A stretch of 57,994 nucleotides of DNA, taken from positions 1 to 57,994 of the IMG/VR virus record IMGVR_UViG_3300034190_001214. One strand, written 5' to 3'. The position numbers and the translations under genes are program-made. Source of the DNA: a virus. Taxonomy: Duplodnaviria; Caudoviricetes. The notes beneath the pieces are model-generated. The model searched no databases. It saw only the letters and a program-made list of their open reading frames with translations, and was not told where the DNA came from. Below are positions 8,637 through 17,072 of the stretch, one piece after another (position 1 is the stretch's first letter; the number at the start of each line of letters is the position of its first letter).

Positions 8637-9073
8637 TACTTATCTCCTAAATCATTATCCCATATAACCTTTAATTCTTCAACTGTAGAAGCTGAATCTA
8701 TCTCTGGCTTAGATGGAAAATCTCTTAATTTATTTTTTGTTGCTACTATTGCAGAAGTATCTTCTCCTGCTTCTTGTGCTCTCATATACTGAATATCTAA
8801 CTCTGCAAGTTTTGGTTTTCTAGCTATTCTTATTTTATCTCTCCAGACATCTCTTGCTTTTTCCATATCTATTGTTAGATTCATGTCTGCATCACAAGAC
8901 CAAGCATTTCTAAATTCTCTATCGGTTGGAAGTTCTGATACATTTATAATTTTATATAAAACTCCTGTTGGAACATCTTTAGTTGCTATTTCTTCAACTG
9001 TTAACCCAGAATTACTAACAGGATATAAAATCACTGTTTTACCAGATTGTTGATATACTATTGCTTTTTCCAT
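8636..9073 (-). CDS. Putative fibre assembly chaperone
   Basis: Close paralog of 9770-10210 (EFRNAW, WR.KIR.AR..KL.ELDI.YM.AQE, KNKLRDFP); follows a tip gene. Confidence 0.6.
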   Translation of the reverse strand: MEKAIVYQQSGKTVILYPVSNSGLTVEEIATKDVPTGVLYKIINVSELPTDREFRNAWSCDADMNLTIDMEKARDVWRDKIRIARKPKLAELDIQYMRAQEAGEDTSAIVATKNKLRDFPSKPEIDSASTVEELKVIWDNDLGDK

Positions 9074-9074
9074 A

Positions 9075-9770
9075 CTAATTTCCTACCACCATTACATTTA
9101 TTACTGCACAATCAAAAGCACCGCCAGCAACTGTTTGTGTAATAATTTTCACCAGAGAAGCTGTTGGATTTGATGTGCCATCTCTTCTGTCCAAACTAAA
9201 GACTGGTCCATCATCATTAGCTGTGCTATCTGCGAAGCTACAACTGCCCGATACTGCTGGTGTAGATGTGTTTAAGGTTGTTGTAAAATTAATTGTAAAA
9301 GCACCTGTTCCATTATCACCTATTGAACTTACATTGTAGGAATCATTTATTGCTGGTGTACCTGTTCCATTAAAACTAACATAAGCTTGAATTCTTTCAT
9401 CTTGTGTTGTTGGATTATCTAGTTTAGCATCTGTAATAGAACCATCTGCAATTCTAGCTATATTTAATGTACCAGAAGTAATTGATGAAGTATCAAAAGA
9501 CGCAAGGTCAAATGTTCCAAATGTGTTTATATCAACTATATCATTTAAAGCTACACCAGATGCGAATACTACCGAAGTACCATTGTTAACTGTAACATCT
9601 GTACCATTAACCATTTTAACACCATTTAGATATACATCTACAAATCCTATATCATATGATAATGTTTGTGAATTGTCATCTGTACCACTAAATGTTGTTT
9701 GTCCTGCGGTCGCTGTGTAGACAAATCTACTTGCACCAGATGCTCGTTGTTTAACCTTTGTTAATGCCAC
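9075..9770 (-). CDS. Putative fibre protein with small beta domain plus family B tip domain
   Basis: RFVYTATAGQTTF...DVYLNGV domain; C-terminal AYVSFNGT..INDSYNVSSIGDNGTG shared with 10227-10655. Confidence 0.6.
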   Translation of the reverse strand: MALTKVKQRASGASRFVYTATAGQTTFSGTDDNSQTLSYDIGFVDVYLNGVKMVNGTDVTVNNGTSVVFASGVALNDIVDINTFGTFDLASFDTSSITSGTLNIARIADGSITDAKLDNPTTQDERIQAYVSFNGTGTPAINDSYNVSSIGDNGTGAFTINFTTTLNTSTPAVSGSCSFADSTANDDGPVFSLDRRDGTSNPTASLVKIITQTVAGGAFDCAVINVMVVGN

Positions 9771-10210
9771 TACTTATCTCCTAAATCACTATCCCAAACT
9801 GCTTTTAATTGTGTTACATTACTAGCCGCATTTATTTCTGATTTGGCTGGAAAATCTCTTAATTTATTTTTCTTTGTTATTATCGCAGAGGTATCACTTC
9901 CCGTTTCTTGTGCTTTCATATATTCTATGTCTAATTCTTCTAATTTCGTTTTTCTTGCTTTTCTTATTTTTTCTCTCCAAATATCTTTGGCTTTTGACAT
10001 ATCTATTATCGGATTCATATCTGTATCACATACCCAAGCATTTCTAAATTCTTTATCAAGAGAATCGAGGTCTGTTCTATCAATGATTTTTGCACCTGTT
10101 GGACAATCTTTTTCTGCGATTTGTTCAACACTTAAATTAGAATTGTTCGCTGGTACACATATTGCCATGATTCCAGTTTCTTCTTGATTGTAAATAATAA
10201 CTTTTGACAT
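9770..10210 (-). CDS. Putative fibre assembly chaperone
   Basis: Paralog of 8636-9073; both end WD.DLGDK. Confidence 0.6.
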   Translation of the reverse strand: MSKVIIYNQEETGIMAICVPANNSNLSVEQIAEKDCPTGAKIIDRTDLDSLDKEFRNAWVCDTDMNPIIDMSKAKDIWREKIRKARKTKLEELDIEYMKAQETGSDTSAIITKKNKLRDFPAKSEINAASNVTQLKAVWDSDLGDK

Positions 10211-10226
10211 AATTTAAATATACCTC

Positions 10227-10655
10227 TTATGATGTACTAAAACAGGCGATTGAAGCGTTTGCACAATCTACTGAACTATTAGCATTATCTCTATTTGATA
10301 ATCTAACTGATTCAGCTCTTTTATAACTTGCTGGGTTTGCATCTCCTTTCATACATAATGCAGAAATATTATCACTATCTCTCATTGACATTCCAACTAC
10401 ACAATAATCATCATTTGGTAAATTTGTTGTATAATTTACTGTGTAATCACCATTACCATTATCTGTAATTGATGAAACATTAAAATCATCTTCGATAGTA
10501 ACTGTACTTGTTCCTTTAAAAGATACCCAAGCTAATGGAATATTATCATCAATAGCAGTTTCAGTTTTTGCTTTTGTTACATTTGCATCTGTAATCTTTG
10601 CAGTTGTAACTGCTCCATCTGCTATTAGGGCTGTTGAAATCTTTTGTATAGACAT
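10227..10655 (-). CDS. Putative fibre-tip protein, family B
   Basis: IADGAVTTAKI fibre repeat then AWVSFKGT..FNVSSITDNGNGDYTVN. Confidence 0.6.
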   Translation of the reverse strand: MSIQKISTALIADGAVTTAKITDANVTKAKTETAIDDNIPLAWVSFKGTSTVTIEDDFNVSSITDNGNGDYTVNYTTNLPNDDYCVVGMSMRDSDNISALCMKGDANPASYKRAESVRLSNRDNANSSVDCANASIACFSTS

Positions 10656-10674
10656 ATCATTTACTCCATGATAC

Positions 10675-10682
10675 TATTTATA
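10675..10682 (-). promoter_or_regulatory. Late promoter TATAAATA for the tip/chaperone cluster
   Basis: Exact consensus just after the gp23 terminator; GGAG RBS follows. Confidence 0.75.
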
Positions 10683-10683
10683 T

Positions 10684-10708
10684 AAAAAAAGGGGAGATAA
10701 ATCTCCCC
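10684..10708 (-). terminator. Rho-independent terminator of gp23
   Basis: GGGGAGAT-TT-ATCTCCCC stem followed by U7. Confidence 0.85.
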
Positions 10709-10754
10709 TCTAAAGAATTGACTTGCAGTCAGAAACCGAAGTCTAAGAACTGTA

Positions 10755-12089
10755 TTACATTAAGTTAGTAACTTTAACTCTTCTGTAGTATACATTGTCA
10801 TTTGCGTCTAGTGCACCTAAGTCACCATCAGCAGTTCCAGATGCTAATACACCACTTGCGAATGGGTTACCTGTAATACCATATCTTGTTTTAAATCCAA
10901 TTTTCGGCTGGAATGTATTTTCTCCAACTGCTCTCACCATTTGTAGTGGAACATATGGACAATAGAAAATTCCTGCGTCATATGGACTTGAACCTTTATA
11001 TCCTACAACATAGTACTGACTAGCAGCGACATTTGCAGAATATGGGTCAACATAAACTTTATATCTTCCGTTTAATGTACCTGCGAATGTATTTGCAGTG
11101 TCATCAACATTTAGATTTGTAGATAATGCAGGTGTGTAATCAAGTACTCCAGCCATTTGAAGTGCTGATGCAACATCTGCGGAACAGATAATCATGTTAC
11201 CTTTTCCTCTTCTTGTTTGTTGACCAATAGCGTTGGCGTCTCTTTCAATTGAGAACAACAACCCTTTGAATTTTTCAACTGACCAACGACCATTTGAGTC
11301 TGTGTCTAAGTCAAAAATACCAGCTGTTGTTGTATTTACTTGAGCACCTTTCTTTGCTACAACATAGATTGTTCTTACAACTTCTCTGTTTATTTCTGCA
11401 AGAATTTCTGCAGAGAGAATATTTGCAAGTTCAGTTTCTGCGTCAAGACCATGAATTGCTTTTAGGTCTTGTGCGAGTTCCATTGAATACTCAGCTTTTA
11501 ACGCTCTTGTTTTAGCAGTAACAGTTTGTTTCTCGATTGAGAAAGCCATTTCTGCGAAAGCGTTTGCTGCTGCGTCTCCTAATGTCTCACCATTTGCAGT
11601 TGTTAATCCACCTTGTGCAGCGTAGTTACCTGCTGATGGTGAATCGTTTAGTGTCGCAGGGTTAGTTGCGTCATGACCTGTAGTAGGTGAGACTAAGTCT
11701 CCTGCTGCATCGTTTGCTGAGAATGAACTCTGCGCTTCGTTTACAAGAGCTTCATCGCCGTTTTGTGCGGCTTGTCTACTTCTCATTGCGAAAATAAGAC
11801 CTGTTGGGCCAGTCATTGGCTGAACACCACAGATATCATATGCGATAAGATTAGGCATTGCTCTTCTAACTAAAGAGATTAAAATAGGCTCCCAGTTATC
11901 AACATTTGAACCAGTTGAGTTAACAGGTGCGGCTTCATTTAAGAAGTTTCTATCTTCTCTTAATGCTTTTTCTTGGTTTTCCAAGATAACAGTAGTAACC
12001 GCTCTTCTGTAACTGTCTTTGATTTCTGGTAAATCATTGTGTTCAAGAACTGGTTGCCACTTTTCTTGTAAATTGTTAGATTGAAACAT
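10755..12089 (-). CDS. gp23: Major capsid protein
   Basis: KWQPVLEH, LENQE, LVRRAMPNLIAYDICGVQPMTGPTGLIFA, ELAQDLKAIHGLDAETEL, FYCPYVPL, FQPKIGFKTRYG. Confidence 0.98.
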   Translation of the reverse strand: MFQSNNLQEKWQPVLEHNDLPEIKDSYRRAVTTVILENQEKALREDRNFLNEAAPVNSTGSNVDNWEPILISLVRRAMPNLIAYDICGVQPMTGPTGLIFAMRSRQAAQNGDEALVNEAQSSFSANDAAGDLVSPTTGHDATNPATLNDSPSAGNYAAQGGLTTANGETLGDAAANAFAEMAFSIEKQTVTAKTRALKAEYSMELAQDLKAIHGLDAETELANILSAEILAEINREVVRTIYVVAKKGAQVNTTTAGIFDLDTDSNGRWSVEKFKGLLFSIERDANAIGQQTRRGKGNMIICSADVASALQMAGVLDYTPALSTNLNVDDTANTFAGTLNGRYKVYVDPYSANVAASQYYVVGYKGSSPYDAGIFYCPYVPLQMVRAVGENTFQPKIGFKTRYGITGNPFASGVLASGTADGDLGALDANDNVYYRRVKVTNLM

Positions 12090-12118
12090 TTATCTTTTCT
12101 CCTTTTTAATGTTTATAA

Positions 12119-12126
12119 TATTTATA
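12119..12126 (-). promoter_or_regulatory. Late promoter TATAAATA for gp23
   Basis: Exact consensus, followed by AAGGAG RBS. Confidence 0.8.
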
Positions 12127-12154
12127 TTTTGTATCATTTTACCCATTAATAATA

Positions 12155-13342
12155 TTAGTTTTTCGCACGGTTATGGGTTTTGCTGATAGCTTCTAAATAT
12201 TTTGCCATCGAATCTGATGTTTCAATAACATCTGATTCACCCTGTTCTTCAGTGCTTTGTTCGTTCACTGGTTGTTGTTTTGGGAAATAAGATTCTTTTA
12301 ATGTTGATAATTTTTCTTTGTAACTATCAGCATCTGAGTAATCTACATCCTCGATTAACCCTCTGAACTTTTCTATCTCTAAATCAGTTAAATCTTCTGA
12401 TACCTCATTTATGATAGAATCCTTTGTTAAACCACCAATTTGTTCGTGAAGTTCTTTATTCTTCTCGATTGAATCATTTAGTTTTTCTTCTAATTCTTCA
12501 ATTTTTTTAGATTGGCCGTCTAATACATCGTACTTTTCTTCTGGGACATCTACATAATGGTCTTCAAACAATTGTTTTAGTCCACTAATGAAGTCCTCTG
12601 CGATTTCGCCTTTTAAACCTCTTTCAATCGCTAGTTCGTTTTCTTTCATCCATTCTTCAGTAACATATGCTAAGTAAGAATCGATTTTTTCTACTAACTC
12701 GCTTTTGATTTCTTCGGTTTTTTCGGAAAGTTCTTTATCGTACTCTTCATCTAATCTGTCGATTTCGCCTCTGACTTTGGATTTTACTGCTGCCTCGAAT
12801 ATTGTCGCTGCTTTAGTTTTGAATTCTTCAGAAAGATTATCATCGTTAGAGATTAAAGCTTCAACATCTTCTTTTACATTGATTTCTTTAATTCTAGCTT
12901 CTTTTTTCTCCTTCTTCAGTGCTTTCATTTCTGCAGTTTCCTCATCTTCCTCTTCATCTTCTTCATGAGCACCTTCATGCATTCCCATCATTTGGTTATA
13001 CATCGCTTTTAGGTCTTTACCATGCATCCCTTCCATTTTCTTATACATCGCTTTTAGCATTTCGGCTTCTTTATCACCTGGTTCAGCGTTTTTCTGCGCT
13101 GGGTCACCAGAAGCTGGTTTTGCACTATCTGCTGCTTTTGCACTTGCAGATTTAGCGTCTGTTGGGGATGTTATAGCTTTACCTAAGTCTTCTACATCTT
13201 TGTCCATCTTTGGAGCTGGGTCGCCTTTTGCAGCATTTTTCTTTGGAGCGTCATGAGCTCCTTCAGAAACAACTTCTTCTTCTTGAAGTTCTGCCATAAC
13301 TTCGGCCTCTAGTTCCTCGATTGTTTTGTCTATTTCTGACAT
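12155..13342 (-). CDS. gp22: Prohead core scaffold protein
   Basis: LSEEFKTKAATIFEAAV, YLAYVTEEWMKENELAIERG, LKESYF; between gp21 and gp23. Confidence 0.93.
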   Translation of the reverse strand: MSEIDKTIEELEAEVMAELQEEEVVSEGAHDAPKKNAAKGDPAPKMDKDVEDLGKAITSPTDAKSASAKAADSAKPASGDPAQKNAEPGDKEAEMLKAMYKKMEGMHGKDLKAMYNQMMGMHEGAHEEDEEEDEETAEMKALKKEKKEARIKEINVKEDVEALISNDDNLSEEFKTKAATIFEAAVKSKVRGEIDRLDEEYDKELSEKTEEIKSELVEKIDSYLAYVTEEWMKENELAIERGLKGEIAEDFISGLKQLFEDHYVDVPEEKYDVLDGQSKKIEELEEKLNDSIEKNKELHEQIGGLTKDSIINEVSEDLTDLEIEKFRGLIEDVDYSDADSYKEKLSTLKESYFPKQQPVNEQSTEEQGESDVIETSDSMAKYLEAISKTHNRAKN

Positions 13343-13373
13343 CGGATATCTCCTTTTGTTATTTTTATATTAA

Positions 13374-13381
13374 TATTTATA
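13374..13381 (-). promoter_or_regulatory. Late promoter TATAAATA for gp22
   Basis: Exact consensus in the intergenic gap. Confidence 0.75.
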
Positions 13382-13384
13382 AAA

Positions 13385-14044
13385 TTATAATTTTTTGAGA
13401 AACTTTGCAAATTCTAAACTTAGAACTTTCGCCTCTCTTGAACGGATTGCTTTTTCCACATTCCTTTTCATCTCTGCTATTTCCGCTTCTTTGATAATAC
13501 CATTGTCCCATACCCACTCTTTACCTTCCATAATACCTTCTACAAAGGCGTTTGGTGCAGATGGGTCTGCGACTATATCTGCGGCGGTTGCGAGATAAAA
13601 GTCATCTTTTACATAAGATGCACCGTTTTTTTGTTCGAGAGAACCAAGTCCACGACTTGATACTCCTAGTTTAGCACCTTCATCCATCAACGATTTAACT
13701 ATTTTCCCCATTGGTGTGTCCATAATCTTCGCTTCACCGATGAAATTTTTTCCATCTTTGTACAAAGCTGTAATCATGTGTGAAACCCTTTCAAGATTAA
13801 CTGTCGGGCCATCTGGGTGTCCAAGTTCACCGAATGCTCTTTTTTGTTCAGTAAAATTCCTGTTGTACTGAGCAACTTCTTTCTGTAGAATATCCATTGG
13901 ATATATTCTACCATTTCTGTTTTTAATATCAGCCTGCATGAATATACCTTTTATTTTATACTCTTTCTCACCATTTTCTTTTTCTTCGGTGATGTATTCG
14001 ACTTCCTCAACTTGTTCTGAAAATAACTTTAAACTCTTTTTCAT
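13385..14044 (-). CDS. gp21: Prohead protease
   Basis: GIFMQADIKNRNGRIY, GELGHP, GVSSRGLGSL, ADPSAPNAFV. Confidence 0.96.
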   Translation of the reverse strand: MKKSLKLFSEQVEEVEYITEEKENGEKEYKIKGIFMQADIKNRNGRIYPMDILQKEVAQYNRNFTEQKRAFGELGHPDGPTVNLERVSHMITALYKDGKNFIGEAKIMDTPMGKIVKSLMDEGAKLGVSSRGLGSLEQKNGASYVKDDFYLATAADIVADPSAPNAFVEGIMEGKEWVWDNGIIKEAEIAEMKRNVEKAIRSREAKVLSLEFAKFLKKL

Positions 14045-14053
14045 TGTTTTCTC

Positions 14054-14458
14054 CTATGCTGTGTAGTCTATACCAGTATATCCTTCTCTTTTTCTAACTA
14101 ATATTATAAAATTACATGCTGCGCTTGTTGTCGCGAGAATGTCACCATTATAACCAGAAGATTTAGGATTGTTAAATTTGAACATAGTGTTGTCTCTTCC
14201 AAACCCTAGTTCACCACTACCATACACTGTTATAATATTGTCATCTGTAGTTGCGTCAAAATGTAATTGTATTGAAGTACCTGCTGCAGCAGAATTCCAT
14301 TTAATTCCTACAAGGTCTAAAACCTCTGTTCCAGATGCCGCGTTTCCATCTAATGCGGATGCATCGACAATCTGCGCCTTACTTTCTGCGCCAGGTGCTT
14401 CTATTAAAAATGCTGCCTCTAAATCCTTGTCATATAATGTTGTCTTTGTGTATGCCAT
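14054..14458 (-). CDS. Hypothetical beta-rich protein in the head cluster (possibly virion-associated)
   Basis: Clean ORF with RBS; no recognised motif. Confidence 0.6.
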   Translation of the reverse strand: MAYTKTTLYDKDLEAAFLIEAPGAESKAQIVDASALDGNAASGTEVLDLVGIKWNSAAAGTSIQLHFDATTDDNIITVYGSGELGFGRDNTMFKFNNPKSSGYNGDILATTSAACNFIILVRKREGYTGIDYTA

Positions 14459-14473
14459 GTTTTTATCCTATCC

Positions 14474-14728
14474 TTACATTATTGATAACATTTCTCTTTC
14501 AAAATATTTCATGAGTTCTTTTGTTTGAACTCCGAATCTTTTTGCGCTATCTTTTATTGACTTATCAAAAGTATTTAGGAAATTTTGTGGTTTAGCATCC
14601 ATTTTTTTAAAAATATCATCCACAGCTTTCTTCATTTTTGGAGAAAGTTTTTTATATTCCTTACTTTTTTTATGTTCCTCTCTCTCTTGTACTTGAGAGT
14701 AGAAGTCACTAAACTTCTTCTGATTCAT
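14474..14728 (-). CDS. Small basic head-cluster protein (gp68 position); likely start ATG 14728 (MNQKKF)
   Basis: Position between gp67-like and gp21; start overlaps the upstream ORF end. Confidence 0.55.
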   Translation of the reverse strand: MNQKKFSDFYSQVQEREEHKKSKEYKKLSPKMKKAVDDIFKKMDAKPQNFLNTFDKSIKDSAKRFGVQTKELMKYFEREMLSIM

Positions 14729-14900
14729 CTGTATTTTCTTTTGACTGTGGACTTGATACAAAAGTCTTTGATACATCTTGTTTTCTAGTTTCTAATGCGT
14801 CTGCGACATTTTGTGTCATTGCGTCTTTGAATGCGTCCTCAGCCTCTATATTATTTCCTTTCGCTATTGCGTTAACTATTTTTTCTGCGTGTTCACTCAT
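14709..14900 (-). CDS. Small prohead core protein (gp67-like)
   Basis: 63-aa acidic helical ORF immediately after portal. Confidence 0.65.
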   Translation of the reverse strand: MSEHAEKIVNAIAKGNNIEAEDAFKDAMTQNVADALETRKQDVSKTFVSSPQSKENTDESEEV

Positions 14901-16477
14901 TATTCTTCATCTCCTTCACCATTATTCATGGAGTTAAAATCAACTTGGTCGCCACCACCAGTTTGTGGGTATCTTGTTACACCATCTGATTCATCTGGAA
15001 CTGTGACATCACCTTCACCTGTTTCTTTTTTAATCTCATCACTCATAGTAGAGATTTCTGCGTCTGTTAATCTAAGAACATACTTTTGTACATATTCTTT
15101 ACTATAGAATGTTCCAATGTATGATTGAATTCTATCCAGAGTATTTAATCTTCCTTCTAGTAATTCTGCGTGTTTTAGTTCTGCGAAATGTCCATCTCGT
15201 AAGAAATCAAACTGTATGTGTTGTTTGATATTGTACCAATCTTCATCATTCATGACACCTTTTAAAAGTAATTGAGTTCTTAAAATGTCTAAGAATAATG
15301 CGGTAAATCTTTTTCTTAATCTTTGAACAAACTTTGTAAATTTAAGTTCATCTCTTGTTACCTCAGTTGACCTACCCATTCCGACAATGGTGCCTGGTGA
15401 TTCTTCTGTAAGTCTTGATACTGGAACATTTAATGAACGATATAATTTCTTTTGAAAATATTTAATATCTTCAATCTCACCAAGATTCGCTCCACCTGGT
15501 AAAGTTGTAATCTCTGTACCTCTACCACCTTCTCTTCTTGGTAACCAAAAATCTTCTAACATTGACATATGATTTCTATCATCACGAATCTCTCCAGTAC
15601 TTGCGTCATACACAAGTTTGTTTCTGTAACGATTCATAACATCACGAAGATATTGTTCTGCTTTTATTTTTGGTAAATTTCCTACATCAATATAGAATAT
15701 TCTTCTTTCTGGTGCTCTTGATATTCTGTAAATAACAAGAGAGTCTTCAATCATTCTAAGTTGATTAACAGGTTTAATCGCTTTGTGTAAATGGGATAAT
15801 ACTTTACCAGAGTTTTGGTCAATCAGTCCAGAAGCGCAATATGCGATTGAATCTGAAGTGATTCTTACACCTTGTGAAGTTCCAGGCCCAAGTCCTCTTT
15901 CGTTGTAGATATAATAATCGTTAACACTTTTAACAACATCTACACCAGTACTTTTATCTCTATCCCTGTTTACTTCTCTAACTTTTCTTATTTTGTTTGA
16001 GTCAATATATCGAAGTTCTGTTATTCCTAATTTAGGATTTGATTTGTCTATTATTTTTTGATAATAAATTCTTCCATCGATATACCATCTTCTGAATATA
16101 TCGTGTCCTTTTGTATCAAAATCTAATAAACGAAGAACTTCATTAAATTCTTCTCTAATTTTTGTTTTTACTGTTTCTTTAAAAGGTAACCTTTCCAAGA
16201 CTACTTGAATTGATTGGTCTCTCTCATCAGAAACAATCGCTTCGTTTACGATATCTTCAACCGCACTATCACATTCTGGTTGTTGTGCGATGTCTCTATA
16301 TCTACGAATTAAATCCGCTTCTGATTTGGTTTTACCATCTAAGTCGAGTACCGAAGCATAATGACCACCACCTGCAATCTCGGTAGTTCCATCATCTGCA
16401 GTGGGAACAGTTAATGTATCGCTGTTCCCACTCTTATCGTTAACTCTTGTAATCTTGAACCCAAAGAGTTCTGCCAT
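14900..16477 (-). CDS. gp20: Portal vertex protein
   Basis: MAELFGF, FRRWYIDGR, KAIKPVNQLRMIEDSLVIYRISRAPERRIFYIDVGNLPK, EDFWLPRREGGRGTEITTLPGG. Confidence 0.98.
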   Translation of the reverse strand: MAELFGFKITRVNDKSGNSDTLTVPTADDGTTEIAGGGHYASVLDLDGKTKSEADLIRRYRDIAQQPECDSAVEDIVNEAIVSDERDQSIQVVLERLPFKETVKTKIREEFNEVLRLLDFDTKGHDIFRRWYIDGRIYYQKIIDKSNPKLGITELRYIDSNKIRKVREVNRDRDKSTGVDVVKSVNDYYIYNERGLGPGTSQGVRITSDSIAYCASGLIDQNSGKVLSHLHKAIKPVNQLRMIEDSLVIYRISRAPERRIFYIDVGNLPKIKAEQYLRDVMNRYRNKLVYDASTGEIRDDRNHMSMLEDFWLPRREGGRGTEITTLPGGANLGEIEDIKYFQKKLYRSLNVPVSRLTEESPGTIVGMGRSTEVTRDELKFTKFVQRLRKRFTALFLDILRTQLLLKGVMNDEDWYNIKQHIQFDFLRDGHFAELKHAELLEGRLNTLDRIQSYIGTFYSKEYVQKYVLRLTDAEISTMSDEIKKETGEGDVTVPDESDGVTRYPQTGGGDQVDFNSMNNGEGDEE

Positions 16478-16525
16478 GTTATAATACCTGCCTTCTAATC
16501 TATACGACTATTTAGTACGATTAAA

Positions 16526-17059
16526 TTAGAAGTTTACTCCAGAAGCTTCAAAGTGTTGATATCTCCAAGTACAAGTAAATTCTTCTAACTGGTTTGGAGT
16601 ATCATAACTCAAATCTATCTGTCCTAATGATTGCGGCCAGATACCTCTGAATAGATATGTTTTTAACACAGTATCATCTCTGTCAAGTTGTTCAACTGTT
16701 GCGTCAGTTTGATAATCTGCGACATTAATAACACCTGTATTTAATGCGAGGTCATTAATCCCGTTCATCCATCTTTCAAATGCGTTTCTTACCATGAAGT
16801 CTGTATCATTAATGATAGTTGTCTCCCATGTTTCGAAAGTATCTCTATCACCTGCGATATATAAACTTCTTCCTCTAAACTGTACCTGTATTTCTGGTAT
16901 AGTTTGTGTTGGTAAGTTTGCCGCTTTGATTAAGAAGGAAGTTCTTCTTACATCTAAACCTATTGCGATTCCAGAAGGAGGCGTTAGTGTTACACGAAAC
17001 TGATTGTTTCTTGCTCCACCACCAATAAGTTGAGCTTTAAAATCATCTAATGTTGGCAT
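16526..17059 (-). CDS. gp19: Tail tube protein
   Basis: GGGARNNQF, FRGR..IAGDR.FETW.TTIINDTDF, QLDR. Confidence 0.95.
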   Translation of the reverse strand: MPTLDDFKAQLIGGGARNNQFRVTLTPPSGIAIGLDVRRTSFLIKAANLPTQTIPEIQVQFRGRSLYIAGDRDTFETWETTIINDTDFMVRNAFERWMNGINDLALNTGVINVADYQTDATVEQLDRDDTVLKTYLFRGIWPQSLGQIDLSYDTPNQLEEFTCTWRYQHFEASGVNF

Positions 17060-17072
17060 TGTCTATCTCCCC

